Shown here in pieces: positions 1 to 14,500 of a stretch of DNA of 64,000 nt. Every line of letters begins with the position of its first letter. The stretch's first letter is position 1. The notes beneath the pieces were generated by a model, which did not search any database, was not told the origin of the DNA, and saw only the letters and a list, made by a program, of their open reading frames with translations. Made by a program: the position numbers and the translations under genes. This DNA comes from Isurus oxyrinchus (lineage: Eukaryota). The stretch covers positions 148,800,001 through 148,864,000 of the forward strand of contig JANJGN010000006.1 in assembly GCA_026770705.1 (NCBI GenBank), given 5' to 3'.

Positions 1-1151
1 ATTTCCAAACTTCACCTCCAGATGATAACCAAAATTAAATGTCAGCCAAGACTGATGCTCAAATTGTGATGTTCAGTATGTGAATACAGCATCCTTCACA
101 ATTAAAGCATGAAATTGTGACCCTGCAGCTGGTAAAGTTAATGCATGACTGAGTCCAGATTCAATTCCCAGTCTGCAATGAGTTAGCTGATCTTAAATGA
201 GAGAAAAGATGCTAAAAGCCGCTCCAGCACCCATCAGCTGAGAGCAAGAGCAGGGGCAGGGGGGTGGGGAGGTGTGGGGTGGGGGGGGGGGGGGGGGGGC
301 ACAGGGGCGAGAATCATCTTGTTATACAACAATCTTTACTGGACAAAATTGGACCTGAATGTAATTATGTCCCTTCCCACCCACATTGCTTAGATAAGCT
401 TGCCAACACACCATCTAAGTTAATATAGGGAAAAGGGTACAGAGGTATTGAGGACAGGGAGAAATAGGCTTCAGAGGAAGTAAATCCTGGATATATTATT
501 ATCTCCAGGAGGGCAAAATTTGAACTGGATTTAAATTTTAAAAGAAGAGGGAATATGATATTGTTTATTCCTTGAACATAAGATATTATGCCTTTCAATG
601 ATATAGCTTATCATGGAACTTGTTTATCTCAGCAAAATTAATACTTAGGAACCTTCTTCAGTAAAGAAGTTTGTGCTCCTATAACGAGTTATCTTTGTAG
701 CTTTTGAACTCCTGTGGGCAAGCATCAACAATGATTTTGGTAACAAGAATCTTGCATTAATATTTAGGAATCATTATTGTTGGAAATTGCAGCTTTAATT
801 AATGGGTCATGACAAGTTCACAAATTTATGCACCTTTTCATGAGGAAAAACTCAAACCTGCAAGTTTTATTACATAAATAATGACATTCATAATGATTTT
901 CACTTTCTTGAATGGCAAATGAAAATCATTTGACAGAACCCACCGAATACAAATTACAAGGCTAGGAGTTCACTGTCACACTATATAAATTCAATATAAT
1001 ATTTTAAACTAGATAGTCTCAGAATTTCTCAAAAGTTATGAAACATCCAACCTGATAGTCAGTAAATGAAACATTTAAAAAAAACACAATTGAATTTTGA
1101 CTTATTCTTGCTGTTTCGTTAGCAGTTCATTCGAATGGAAAATAGTTCACT

Positions 1152-2860
1152 ATGATCGAATATTTCACATCCGTCTTCACCCAAGAGAATGAGGATAAAG
1201 GCATGGAACTCGGGGAGAGAGACTGCGAGGTACCTGAGCAAATTGACATAGGGAGTGACAAGGTATTGGCGGCGTTGGCAGGCTTAGAAGTGGACAAATC
1301 TCCAGGTCCGCATGACTTGTGTCCCAGATTGATGAGGGAGGCAAGGGAGGAGATCGCAGGGGCTCTGACCCAAATTTTTAATTCCTCTCTGGCCACGGGA
1401 GAGGTGCCAGAGGACTGGAGAACAGCTAATGTGGTTCTGCTATTTAAGAAGGGTTGTAAAGATAAGCCAGGCAACTACAGACCAGTGAGTCTCATGTTAG
1501 TGGTAGAGAAACTATTGGAGAAAATTCTGAAGGAGAAAATCTATCTCCACTTGGAGAGGCAAGGTTTGATCAGGGATAGTCAACATGGCGTTGTCAGAGG
1601 GAGGTCATGCCTAACAAATTTGATTGAATTTTTTGAGGTGGTGATCAGGTGTGTAGATGAGGGTAATGCAGTTGATGTAGCTTATATGGATTTCAGCAAA
1701 GCCTTTGACAAGGTCCCACATGGGAGACTTATAAAGAAGGCAAAATGCACATGGGTTACAGGGTAATTTGATAAGGTGGATTCAAAATTGGCTTAGCTGT
1801 AGGAGACAGAGGGTGATGACAGAAGGATGCTTTAGTGACTGGAAGCCAGTGTCCAGTGGTGTACCACAGGGATCTGTGCTCAGACTCCTATTATTTGTCA
1901 TTCATGTAAACAACATAGATGGCTATGTGGTAGGTAGGATTAGTAAGTTTGCAGATGACACAAAGATTGGCCAGGCAGTTAACAGTGAGGTTGAGTGTCT
2001 TGGGCTACAGGAAGATATAGACGGGATGGTCAAATGAGCAGATAAGTGGCAGATGGAATTTAACCCTGAAAAGTGTGAGGTGATATACTTTGGAAGGAGT
2101 AATTTGACAAGGAAGTATTCAATGAATGGCATGACACTAGGAAGTTCTGAGGAACAAAGGGACCTTGGCGTGTGTGTCCATAGATCTCTGAAGGCGGAGG
2201 GGTGATGAAAAAGGCATAAGGGACACTTGTCTTTATCAGTCGAGACATAGATTACAAAAGTAGGGAGGTCATGTTGGACTTGTACAGAACCTTGGTGAGG
2301 CTACAGCTGGAGGACTGTGTGCAGTTCTGATCGCCACATTATAGGAAGGATGTGATTGCATTGGAGGGGGTGCAGAGGGGATTCACCAGGATTTTGCCTG
2401 GGATGAAACATTTAAGTTATGAAGAGAGGTTGGATAGACTTGGGTTGTTTTCATTGGAGCAGAGATGACTGAGGGGCGACCTGATCGAAGTGTACAAGAT
2501 TATGAGGGGCATGGACAGGATGGATAGGGAGCAGCCGTTCCCCTTAGTTAGAGGGTCAGTCACGAGGGGAAACAAGTTGAAGGTGAGGGGCAGGAGGTTT
2601 AGGGGGGATGTGAGGAAAAACTTTTTTACCCAGGGGGTGGTGATGGTCTGGAATGCACTGCCTGGGAGGGTGGTGGAGGTGGGTTGCCTCACATCCTTTA
2701 AAAAGTACCTGGATGAGCACTTGGCACGTCATAACATTCAAGGCTATGGGCCAAATGTTGGTAAATAGGATTAGGCAGGTACGTCAGGTGTTTCTCACTT
2801 GTCGGTGCAGACTCGATTGGCCAAAGGGCCTCTTCTGCACTGTGTGATTCTGTGATTGTA
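1152..2860 (+). mobile_element. 5'-truncated CR1-clade LINE (ORF2 reverse transcriptase + 3'UTR), relatively young, disrupted
   Basis: Consecutive ORFs encode KSPGP, WRTANV, PGNYRPVSL, QHG..RGRSCLTNLIEFF, YMDFSKAFDKVPH, GVPQGSVL, ISKFADDTK and WNALP. Frameshift near 1745, TGA in place of Trp at 2035-2037, short (gattctgt)-type 3' tail. Confidence 0.95.
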
Positions 2861-2910
2861 AAAGAAAATACCTACATTTTAAGTGTTCCTTTTGATTTTT
2901 TTCTGAAAAT

Positions 2911-3958
2911 TCGTTTTGTAGCTGGTAATTCTACATAATAATGACATTAAAATGCCCTTTATTTCCTGTTATCTCTCTGGAATTATGCCATTGCTGCCAT
3001 GAAGTTTTGCTTTGCATCATGTGATCCAAATAAGCTCTGCAACTGGCAGTGTTTAATAAAAAAATCATAATATGATCTTCAATGTTAAACTTAATGTGAT
3101 TTATATACTGTCTCTGTTAATACATTTGAAAAACCTGTTGAAAATTGGGGGCTGAATCTTTTTCTAAGCTATATCTGGACAGTACTTTACAAGCAAGTGT
3201 CTTTTTATGCAGCTAAGAGTTCTCAAGGGATAAAGGGCAATGTTATTTTATGCTGCTAGGTTCTCATAACAAACAAATTAAAATTTCAAAATTGCTGAAA
3301 AAAGAAAGTTTGTATTTCATGAAATATTTTAATCTGTGTTTTTCCTTTCTTACTATATTTACTAAATTTAAACTTTTCTGCTTGCTTTTCAAAAGCATTA
3401 ACTCCAAAGCTTTACGCTTCCCACTATTTTGCTGTAACTTTTGCTTGTGTTTTACCATTGATCCAACACTCATATCTTCTCAATCATCTACCTTATTTTC
3501 CCTCTACCCCGGAGAAAACATTGGTCTTCACAGCCCATGTTCTTCCATCCCAAACTTAATATTTAAAATCTATATAAACAAAACAAATTCACTTTGGATA
3601 ACAAACTCATCCAATACACCAATGTCAACAGCTATAACAGCTGTTGGGTGCCATGTAGCCTCATCTGTGCTAACTTTGTTTTTGCACAACATTGTATATT
3701 GTAAGATGTACTGCAGATGTCTATTCTCAAATGTATTAATAGAGACGGTATATAAATCACATTCAGTTTAACATTGAAGATCATATTATGTTATTGGATT
3801 ATGATTTTTTTTATTAAACACTGCCAGTTGCAGAGCTTATTTGGATCACATGATGCAAAGCAAACTTCAAGGCAGCAATGGCATAATTCCAGAGAGGTAA
3901 CGGGAAGTAAAGAGCATTTTAATGTCACTTATATGTAGAATTACCAGCTACAAAACGA
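2911..3958. repeat. Long inverted repeat: arms 2911-3129 and 3727-3958, ~600-bp spacer
   Basis: tcgttttgtagctggtaattctacata...tacatttga is the reverse complement of tcaaatgta...tatgtagaattaccagctacaaaacga, with few substitutions and a ~13-nt insertion in the right arm. Confidence 0.95.
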
Positions 3959-5550
3959 TAGCGAACGATCAGTGCTGAATGGGAGTGTACTGGACGGCGC
4001 AGGAAGCCAAAGTTTGGAAGCTTTGAAAAGAAATGCAGTTTGGGGGATTTATAAAAAACGTTTTGCATTTGCTAAGACACAAAATATCTGGACAGTGTTG
4101 AGTTGCACAAACATACAAGCAGCAGGGCTCGCCCTTGCACGGCTGTTGGCGGGGAAGCCCCTGTCGAGCTGCATGACGTGTAAGGCAGGGTGAAGTGTGT
4201 GTGACCAGAGTTGGGGATTCCCTCTTGGGCTGCACGGTTGTGGGGTGGCTCGCTCGGCAAAGTTTCGTCTCGAACATTGCCTCTTTCCGCCCTGAACCTG
4301 GCGCTAGCGCTTCAGCAGCGAAGAACACTCAGGCAGGAAGTGAAATAAGTCTCAAAATGACGTACGTAAGGTAAGAGGGAAAGAAATATGTGACCCTCCA
4401 GTTTTACCGGGAGCTCCAAAATCGATCTTGTCCAACCCGTTTACTACGACGCAAGAAGCGCTAAATTGTTAAGCCAAATAAAGCCCCACTATTCCCCCGG
4501 ACAAAGCGTTCACTGTTGTAGCGTCGGACTATCCAGAATTGGAGGAGATTAATGTTCTTCCGGGTTCACTCTTCGCTGTGTGTATATTTTTTCTTTCTCT
4601 ATCTCTCACAATACTTAAAGAGACAGCAATATTTTTTTTAAAAAGTCAAGGAAAATTGGACGCATCCTGGAATTTCACGTTTTCAGGTAAACTGAACGTG
4701 CCAAAAAAAAAAGACGAAATCCCATGAAAGTAGTTTGTGGAATAATATAAGTTCGCACGTGAAAGTTGGTTGATGGCAAAAGGGGAGGGGTGGAAAAGTT
4801 TGCAGGTCTTTTTTTTTATGTTGTTCTGAATGCGGGCTGCTGCTTCTCTTCCATGCTCTCCTGAAGGTGCATGTGTGCGAACCCGGACTCAGTGATTGCT
4901 GTCACCTGGCGGGCTGCGAGCTCGGGTTGCGGGCGCGAGGGGGCGTCGCGCGGACCCGGAGCAAGACCCGGACCCCTCCTCGGGGCTCCCTGCAACGCCT
5001 CGGACTCGGACTCGGACACGGGGGGGGCTGTGTACTTAACCCGGGATATGCTGCTGCGGCTGCGGCGGCGACATTGCTTTAAAAGGCAAACCCGTTAGCT
5101 GCCATTCACTAAATCCACTTCGATGCACCCGTACAGCATTCCCTTTATCTCAGTGATGCAGGGCTGAGTTGGGCATATAAAACATGCACAGGAAGGTGTA
5201 TATTGTATATTATTTTAAACGTATGTTTCTCATTGACTTTTTACTCACGGTAAGATGCTTTGGTGGATACAGCGGCGTGATGATAATGACGAGAAAGTGC
5301 ATTTTTTAATCAATTAAAATTTAGTGTAGTAATACGAACCTATTTAGCACGGTTCGTTCAGTTATTTTGTTTTAAGTCGACGGTGAACTTTGCTATTGTA
5401 ATGTGGTCTGAAAGAGTAAATGATTTCCTTCCGCTCGACTTTAAGTGGATCAGGGAATAGAAAGTCGCCATTTTGATTCGTTGTCATTGGCAGTTTTACA
5501 CGTCCGAGGTACTTAAAAGTAAAGCAAGCATTTCGAGAGCATCTGTTTCC
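3950..5550. promoter_or_regulatory. Orphan CpG island / candidate promoter
   Basis: GC- and CpG-rich core at 4860-5080; ETS motif CAGGAAGTG at ~4334-4342; CACGTG at ~4756; TATAAAA at ~5176; + strand donors AAG|GTAAGA (4370) and ACG|GTAAGA (5249). Confidence 0.55.
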
Positions 5551-8500
5551 TGGATGGTTCATGTGTTTTCTTCATGGTTTTCTATCTGTGTACGGATCTG
5601 AACTGATGTAGGAGCCTTTTAGACAGAAGTTGTACTACCAGAAATCATGTGTGTTTCTGCTTTCGTTGAAAAACACATTGGAATTTGTAGGATATTTGTG
5701 GAGGTTGTGGGGGGGGGGGGGGGGGGTTCGGCACTAAATCTGAACGTTTTGCATCGAGTAGATTTCTCTGGACTCTATTTTGAAGAGTTTATTCCTTGGC
5801 AAAGATTGAATTGTTTGGAGTGAGATGTAAATAAAAAAAGTACATTTTAACTTGTTTTTTTTACTGTAGGACGAGGATTTGTTTCTCATTTTAAAAAGGC
5901 ACAAAAAGCACTTTGAAAGGAATATGTTGATATTGCCCATTGTAACTGTATATACTGGCCATCATCTCAAGCTGAGTTCTCCAAAACTGTCCCACATACA
6001 TTTTAAATTTCAGTTAAAGTTCATCAAGATTTTTTTAAAATGAAAACATTTGTTCTAGCCGCCCCCACAATTGAGACAGAAGCATTTAATTCAGGCCAAT
6101 ATAAGTGTGGTTTGCAATCTAAAGCCATGGGCCACCAGCCTTGCACTTGGCTTCTTTGTCTACATGGTCACAATGACTGCACTTGAGAAACAATTCGATG
6201 TACAACACTTTGAATCATTTAGGTATGAAATGTGCTACATAAATTCAAACATCTTGATCATCCCAAATATAACGTCAGTATATAAAGCATCAGGCCTATA
6301 GAGAAACATATTGGGGGTGATTTAAATTTCTTCAAATATATGGGATTTGAAAGATTAGAAATTCAGTTAATACATTCTTTAACCCCAATCTGTAGATGTG
6401 TTTTTTTTTGGAGGGGAAGGGGAATAAAAATGTCACATTGCAGTTTTGACTCTTGATCTTTCAATTAGTAATCTCTTCCATGCTTCTGTTGAGTTACAAT
6501 CTTCCTTTCAAAAATGCAGTCTGTGTATTTCTGTGAAAACAATAACATATACTAATTATGATCTATGTATGTGATTTTTAAAATGTAAACAAAATTGTAT
6601 TTCATTGTTTGGATTTAATTCTGTTAGTGCAAAATGTGAACTCTTCTTACAAAAGTTTTCGTTGGCTTTAGGGATCATATGTACTGTTTAAAATCTGAAC
6701 CAAATTGTAGCTAATGCTGTCTTTGCGCATGAATTGAACATTAAAACATTTGTGGTATTCATGCTTAGTCTAGCCTTGCTGGACTGCCAAAATGACATTG
6801 TATACAGTTGTATTTATTTTGTTTTCATTACTAATTGAATGCATAAAATTTGGGAATATGAATACTCCTGAATAAGAAATTTGAACGTTCTTTACTTGCC
6901 ATGTATTTGCTAATTATAGAGTTTTGGATAAAATGATATTTTGACATCCAAGACACTATGAACAGGTTTGGAAAAGAAAGAATCAAATAATTTCATGTTT
7001 CTTAGGGTCTATCTATAGAAATGTATTAGTTGCCCTAAAATGTTTTTGAGAGAAGGACATCCCAATATATTTCATTAATGTAATTTTCAGTAAATTGGCT
7101 ATAAATTGAATGGTACTTTTCACATTTTGTTCTCTAGTTGAAGATGGAAAATGTGGGACATGAGATCGACCATAGACTAGAGAGGCAATCATAATGTAAA
7201 TAGCAGACTGAAATATTTGGTGTGGTGTGCAATTCTCATTGATACTAGAAATGTTTACTGAATTTTAATAATTCAGTTAACAATTTTTTTTGCCAATTAA
7301 ATGCATTTTCAAAGAAATAAATGTGAACTAGATAATATAGGGATTCAAATTTTTGATATGCAAAACTATTTTGAAAATGGATGGGGTGGGGGAAAATAAG
7401 AGGATGATTTTTGTTACCAAAAAAATATTGAGCGTTTGGAGTTTGACTTCCAAAGAGTGAGCGACAATTGATGTTCACTATGTCAGCCATCTTATTTTTG
7501 TAAGTTTGTATTGGTTAAAAGTCTAGGTCTATAATTTGTCATTTAATTTTTTAAAATGTATTCAGAATTGGTGGTGTACCAATTCATAAATGTAAAAGAA
7601 GCTATATATAAATCTCCCTTTTAAATGGAGGACATGATGGATATATATTTTGATTGAAAAATAAGGTTAATAATATTCAGTTGTATGTAGAAAATAATTG
7701 CACCTCTGTCAGCTTTAGGTACACTTAGCATAGCAATAATGTTTCACCTTGACTAATAAGAATGTTTGTTTTCTTTATTCAGTTAGACATGTGTTTCTGC
7801 AATTATGTTCTATTTTTTGTGTTCTGATATCCAGCATCAGATATTGTTCTTGATCCAAAAATATTGTGGTAATGAATAGAAGTTGTATGAATATGTTTTA
7901 CACTTCAGTTCATTAACAAACTTCAGTAACCAAGTGATTAGACTTAACTGAAGTAAAATATCATGGAGGTGCATTTGTTATAACTCATTAAATTGACCAT
8001 CTATTAATTGTACAAAACCTGCCATATTATAATTGGTAAATATTGGAGACATATTACCTTATTAATGCAAGTAAATGCATACGTAATAGAAGCATACAAT
8101 TGAACTTAATGAACCAGTTCTAGCTGGATAAACATTTAAGCTTAAATGCTGCACTGTTTTTGTTAATATTTGGTGTAGCAGATGTATTCAAATGACAAGT
8201 TTCACTCCAGGGACAGCAGTATATTTTAGAATGCTAAGATGCTTGTATAGTACCTGGTTTATTTAGAAAGATTAAATCACCAAAGGTAAATGACATGTAG
8301 TATAAAGGTTTGGAAATTTGGAGATGAAGTGTTACCAGAACAGTTGTTGATTACTAAATAGCATTTAATGGTTTATATTAACTGCAATTTTTTATTTGTT
8401 TTATAGAAATCTATAGAAATTCTGATTTAATAATGTGCTCAATGGCAAACTTAAAAAAAAACAAAATTCAATTGCAATAAGGTAAATTTCCCCATGGCTC

Positions 8501-11500
8501 ATTTAGCAACGTCATTTAAGTTTAGGGCCAAAACATGCCATTATTTAATCTAATTTTTCTAACTTTTAAGAACTTTTTTTGCATTAACTAACAAATTATA
8601 CTCAAAGTCCAAATCAGCAAAATCAGTTTGTGAAAACACCATGGGGTTCCTTAGCATAGTTTGTAATTAATTCCTTCAAAAAATTCATTCACTTGTAATG
8701 CTAATATAGAAGAGTGATGTATAGATGAAACATTTTCTAGGTGTAATGAATCTGAAAATTTGACCTTTGATACATTAAATAAAAGAAAGTAATCTGTACA
8801 ATATGAATAGGAAAAAATTGTGTAATTCTTTAAAAATGCAAAATGCTTTATCTAATTAGTGATGCAGATATTGTACCTTATCTACAGTTGTGCATTAAAA
8901 CTAATTTAATTGTGTTTATTAAAAAATACTGTTAACTGATTACTGAAAATAATACATTTTTTAGCTTTATAAACTGAAGAGCAAGATCCCCAACAAGAAT
9001 TCCTTGCAATATGAAATGTTGTGTTGTAAATGTAATTCTGCAGTTAGTTCACTGCATCAAGTGGAAGCTGATTTTGTCGACAAATGGTCTTTGCTGCCTG
9101 TGGGCTATGTTTTCCTGAGGTGGAAAGGAAATGGTGTAGCTCATGAGTGTGGTATCTTGTATAGACTGGCACTATACCATTTTCATTTTGAGCAGTGTAT
9201 TTATCTTCTGAAACGCATCACCTCTAGAAAGTAGTGACTATAGGGTGTGTAACAATTAAAATAATTAAATGCTTGATATTTATTAATATTTGCTAAACTT
9301 ATTTAAACCCCAGAAGTTTATTTATTCTGTCAGGCATGGCAATGCAATGCATTAACCTATCCAGGAGTGCTTGAAAATCCAACTAGCAATGCGTCCATAG
9401 AGGTTGCATCACTGTCCTTTCACACTGTGTATACATTTGATGTCCTTGCAAACATTTGATCACACAAATCCACGGTGCAGAATATGAGGCCTTCTAGAAA
9501 TTTAAATTAAGATTATCCATAGATATAAACAAATGACTTTGAGCCTAACTTAATTTACAAAAGTAAGACAAATATCATGGAGGTGCACTTGCTATGTCTT
9601 AATGATTTTGTATGATGTCGCTGACCGGAGTGCTGAATCAAGACAGCTATATTGATCATTACTGAATCTTGCTTATTAATCCATATTTGGAAGTTCCACA
9701 TAGTGTCTGAGAGATGAAAGAATTCCAGTAAGTTGTTTATTTTCAACAAATGCTTACATTTAATGTGTTTAAAATAATGTGAGAAAACTATGTGCAACCA
9801 AAGACCACTGCGACAACATAAGAGTTGTGAATTTTTATGGGGGTGGGGTGAGGAAAGAGAACAGAAAATAATCCAGGAAATTTTAGAACATGATTATTTT
9901 TATTACAAAAAGTGGTGGGCATATTCATTTGTTAAAAGGAGGAATATCACCAAATGATTGGATATCTTGCTATAACCTATGAAATTGTAGATATTGATCC
10001 TAAATTATCCTTCAATTATTAGCAAAGTTTTAAAATTTACCAAAATTACTTCAGTCTGTTCAGATAACTGCAGAATTCCTCATAACCTTGTGAATTAGAT
10101 TGTGTTTATAGTGCTTCTGCCAGTATCAGCCATGTTGTCCAAGAAATTATAACATAGTTGGAAAGGTGAGAATCCATCAATAATGTTAAATATGATCACA
10201 ATTTGTCATGGAAGAACCACAATCATGAAATGGATTTATACCAAAGTGTATATTTTATTATAATACCAATTATAACAATCTGGAAATTAATTGCTCTTTG
10301 TTTAAAGGTATTTGGATTCTTCTAGAATGATTTTAAAAACTGAAAAAAAATTGTTCAAATTGGTCATTGTGTCCCTTTTTATATTTTGTTAATTTTTATT
10401 CATTGCACTAAATACTGGAATAATCTTGAATTGAAAAACATAAAATTGTGTTCTGAGAAAAGTGCATTATTTTTGCATAATTACATCAAGTTAGAACTAG
10501 GGGGAATCTGTCATTTTTTTTTAAATTGAGACTGCATTTGTCTGCCTTAGTTAAAGCATGTAATGGGTTAGCATAGTTACATGCATGCTGATGTCAGTTG
10601 TCATTGAAAATCAGATAGAGCGGCTTATTGACATTCTGCCTCTAAAAATAGAGTCTGAGGATATATGGGATCATCAAATTAAAGGGCATAGGTGACAAAC
10701 CAGGTGGAAGGTCACTGAGCTCATTTTGAACAGGCCAGCCAGTACCAGTTTTCCCTTAGCTGAACAAAGGCTTAATTATTCAGCTTCGAAGCCTGTGATG
10801 ACCAGTCACTGTGGTCAGTGCAGATTGAACTGGCAGGATACATTTCTGCTGGGAACTAACTAATTGATGTCTTAATCTCTGCCTGCATTTTCAAGCACAA
10901 AAAAGACATTAAAAACTGTCTTTCTTTAAAACACTGAAGATCTAACAAGAACAACAAATTTGTAAAAAATGCAGCTTGGAAACATTGTAATTTACACCAT
11001 TAAATCTTTTTCCATGTTTTGTTTATTATTTAGCAACTATTGTGTATATATAACACTTTTTTTGTTCCATATTTTAGTGGTAGGCAGATAAATGCTGAAA
11101 GAAAAAGCACAAATAAAATATGCAGAGAGCTACTTTTTCAACCACACACATTGCAGGAAGTGCATAATTATTGAAATTAATACAACAATAATTTTTATTT
11201 CCTAAAATTTGGGGGTTTAACGCATTGTATATAATATATAAAATTCTGATCCTGTCTAAACCAAATGGTCAGTCTTTTGGAAAGAGCACTATTTTAATCT
11301 GAAATAGGTACTGGCAAATGAATCATCAGTACTTAACCTTTTCTTACTAGCTTTTGTAAACAGAAGTTTACATTGCACATGCCAAACATTTCATCTTTAG
11401 TGGTAATTGAGAATCAGCATATGAGGTATTTTGAATCCCTTAAGCAAGTTGTTTTATAATGGTAAGACAACATGGACAACTCTTAGCTCATTGAAACTTG

Positions 11501-14500
11501 ATCTTTTTGCAAGACAAGCCAGTTGCTAAAACACTTAATTCCACCATGCCAGAGTAAAGGTTTATTCAATAATTCTACAAATGTGAAGAGTGTTGTAGTA
11601 TAGTGGGTGGTCTCCAAAGATACATAAAACTGAGAATCAAAATGTCCAAATACAGATTTTCATACAGATTTATCCCGTGCAATGAAAAACACATAGCTAA
11701 ATTTTAAAATAAATGTATATTAATTTTCCATTTTGGTTATCAATTGTTACAACTTCCAATGCTGATACATTGTCAAAGAATTTGCAGTTCCATTAAAAAA
11801 GTCACAGAAATGGGAAATAAATGTTTTACTTAACTTATTTGTAAAACCTGACTGTAGAATTATAATACACAGACACAAACATATGCAAGCTGTTCATCTC
11901 ACTATTTTTAAAATTATTTTCTTGCCACTCAATGCACATTTTGAAGTCATGTGTCTATTTAGGAAGAATTAGATGTCTGTATTAGCAAAATGGACCACAC
12001 TAACCCATACATAGCTATAAACAATATGATTTATATGTTTTCAGAATTCATTTACAATAACAATGCATGTAAGTAATAACTAGTTAATCTAAAGTGCCAA
12101 ATTGTTTACTGAGATAGAATGGTACTTTAGAAATTATCAATTTTACTACAGGTAAAAGCAAATTCAGCTTAAATATAGATTGGGAAGTGCATGAAGAACC
12201 AGAGTTTCAAAGTTTACATGAGAACGGCAGATATCTGTGCAATAGTAAATTGAAACTCATTTTTTAAAAATAATATATACTATATCAGCAGATTATTAAA
12301 TTTTCCAAAAGTAGAATTCTGATAGCTATCGATGTATAACCACAAGACCATGAACTAGACAAATTGTGAATTAGTTAAATATATTTGCCAATAAAACACA
12401 CACTGATGCATGACAATTGAATTATTGTATCAATAGGAAGGATATATTTTTGTATATACAAATATATAGTAATGTATTATTTAAAATGTTACTTTTTTTC
12501 TACTGTCTTATGCAAAACCCTATGCGTAGTATGTAATGTTATAATGTATCCACATGTTAATATGTAAGCATGTATGAGATAAAATAAGTAACACATACCA
12601 GAGAAGGTTACCTTTTTTTAAATAAAGCATGTAATTGTTTGAAATGTTTATCTTACTGACTAAATACAGTAACACTAAAGTTTGGGAGCTTTTTGTTTCA
12701 AATAATTAATTCTTCCATAATTATAAGAGAACTCAAAGACAGGGGCACCTCATTAGCCAACAGAGTAAATGTTGGAAAATAATTCATCACAAACAATGCA
12801 AGGAAGTTACATTTTTTAAAATCCCATTTAGAAAATACAATAATCACTGGAAATGTATAGATCAATTATTTAACTGAAAAACCACAATCCTTGGGAAGTT
12901 GCATTATGTATTATCAAATGCATAAGTATTCCAATAGACATTCAGGAATTAGAGTTTAGTTTTCAATGTTAATCAAAGTTAATAGGATTGAAGCAATGAA
13001 TCAGATAATCTCATAGAAATGCATTATGCTTCTGACACCAACAAGATGCATTTGTAGAAAATCAACTAAACAACAGCATGGAACGAGTTAAATATTAAAG
13101 TATTCTGAAACAGCCTGCAAGAAATTATGGGTACTAATCACAATTTCCATTAGACATTGATTCTGCATCAAGCTCTGTTGATTGGGGTAAAAAATTTATA
13201 AAAAGTTTCAAAGCTTAATTATATTTAAGATTTTCACCAGAGTAAAAACAAAAATGTTTTATGAACAACCTAAATGCATGGTATTTGTTTTTTTAACATT
13301 TATTCATTAAGCATGACACATGAAAATTCTTTGACTGATATTTTACCATGTTCCTCTAAGTACTTATCGCCCTTTTGCAGCTTTCTTCAGATAACCTCCT
13401 GTAAACATTTAATGCTGACTCTGTTAAAGTAAGTTCAAGTTCCATAGTCGTGACATTCAATTTCTATTTCCTGCAACTTTAAAGAAACTTCCTATCTTTT
13501 ATGATTTCAATCCTTTTAAAGCATAATTCTACTTTACAGAAATTATACTTTTATATAAAGGTCTATCCCGGTAATCATATTTTACTGTTTGTCCTTCTGA
13601 TTTGTCTTTTTATTTTCGATTCCTCCAAGCTACCCTATAATTTGAAGTACTGATTCTAGGCAATTCACATTTTAGATTGTTTTGCCAACAATTGCAACTT
13701 TGGTTTAAAAATTACTTTAAAATAATGTGAATATTAATACTAGTTCCCAATTTATGTCTTGTTTCAAGATTTCCACATTTGGTTATTTCCCCATAAACTG
13801 CTGGTATAATACAATTATTGCATTTTCTATATAATCACATATGATCCCAAAATCACCCCCAAACAACCAATGGTGCACATACGTGAGATATTTACAGTGT
13901 TATCAATTTTGAACACCCACACAACCTTACAGCAAAATAAAATCTAATTGATAAATTTGTTTGATTTCCTAAGGCATCAAAATTTTTAACATTTAAGCCT
14001 TCAACATCAGTACTGCATCTCAAAGAGTTGAAATGCATGCAAGCAGTTAAAATTGCATAAAAGGAGTGATTTCCAAATACTAGTCTAATCTTTGGGGTCA
14101 GATAATTATCAAGTTAGCATTCACACAATATAATTTATTTGAATACCCATGATTAGATTGCATCACTTAAACTCAGTGCCTACTATTCTCTTTTATTTTA
14201 AAGCAGAAAATATACTACCATCCTCAAAAGCTTGGGATGGGAGGAGGCAGTGAAGCAAGATCAATTTGCCTGATTGGTTTGCAGAATCTGTATTTCACTT
14301 ATGTAACCTCACAGACACATTTTAACTTCTGGTAGGATACATTGCATTGTTGCATTATTTATCTTGCATACCAGCAGTCCTGTAGCATAAGAAAACACAG
14401 AGCAATATCCTTTTACATTACTAGTAGCTTTCAAACCTGACTTGATTTTTTTTTTGTCCACAATTCATCACCTTCCTGTTTGATCCAAGACACACTTCTC

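Noticed and set aside
3250-3771. 173-aa ORF in the inverted-repeat spacer as a transposase
   Set aside because: Low-complexity F/L/K/S-rich translation of AT-rich DNA with no DDE or other domain motif.
4816-5098. GC-rich ORFs in the CpG island as HACE1 exon 1 or another gene
   Set aside because: No match to the HACE1 N-terminus ([24 protein letters not shown]) on either strand; ORFs in several frames are expected from GC richness alone.
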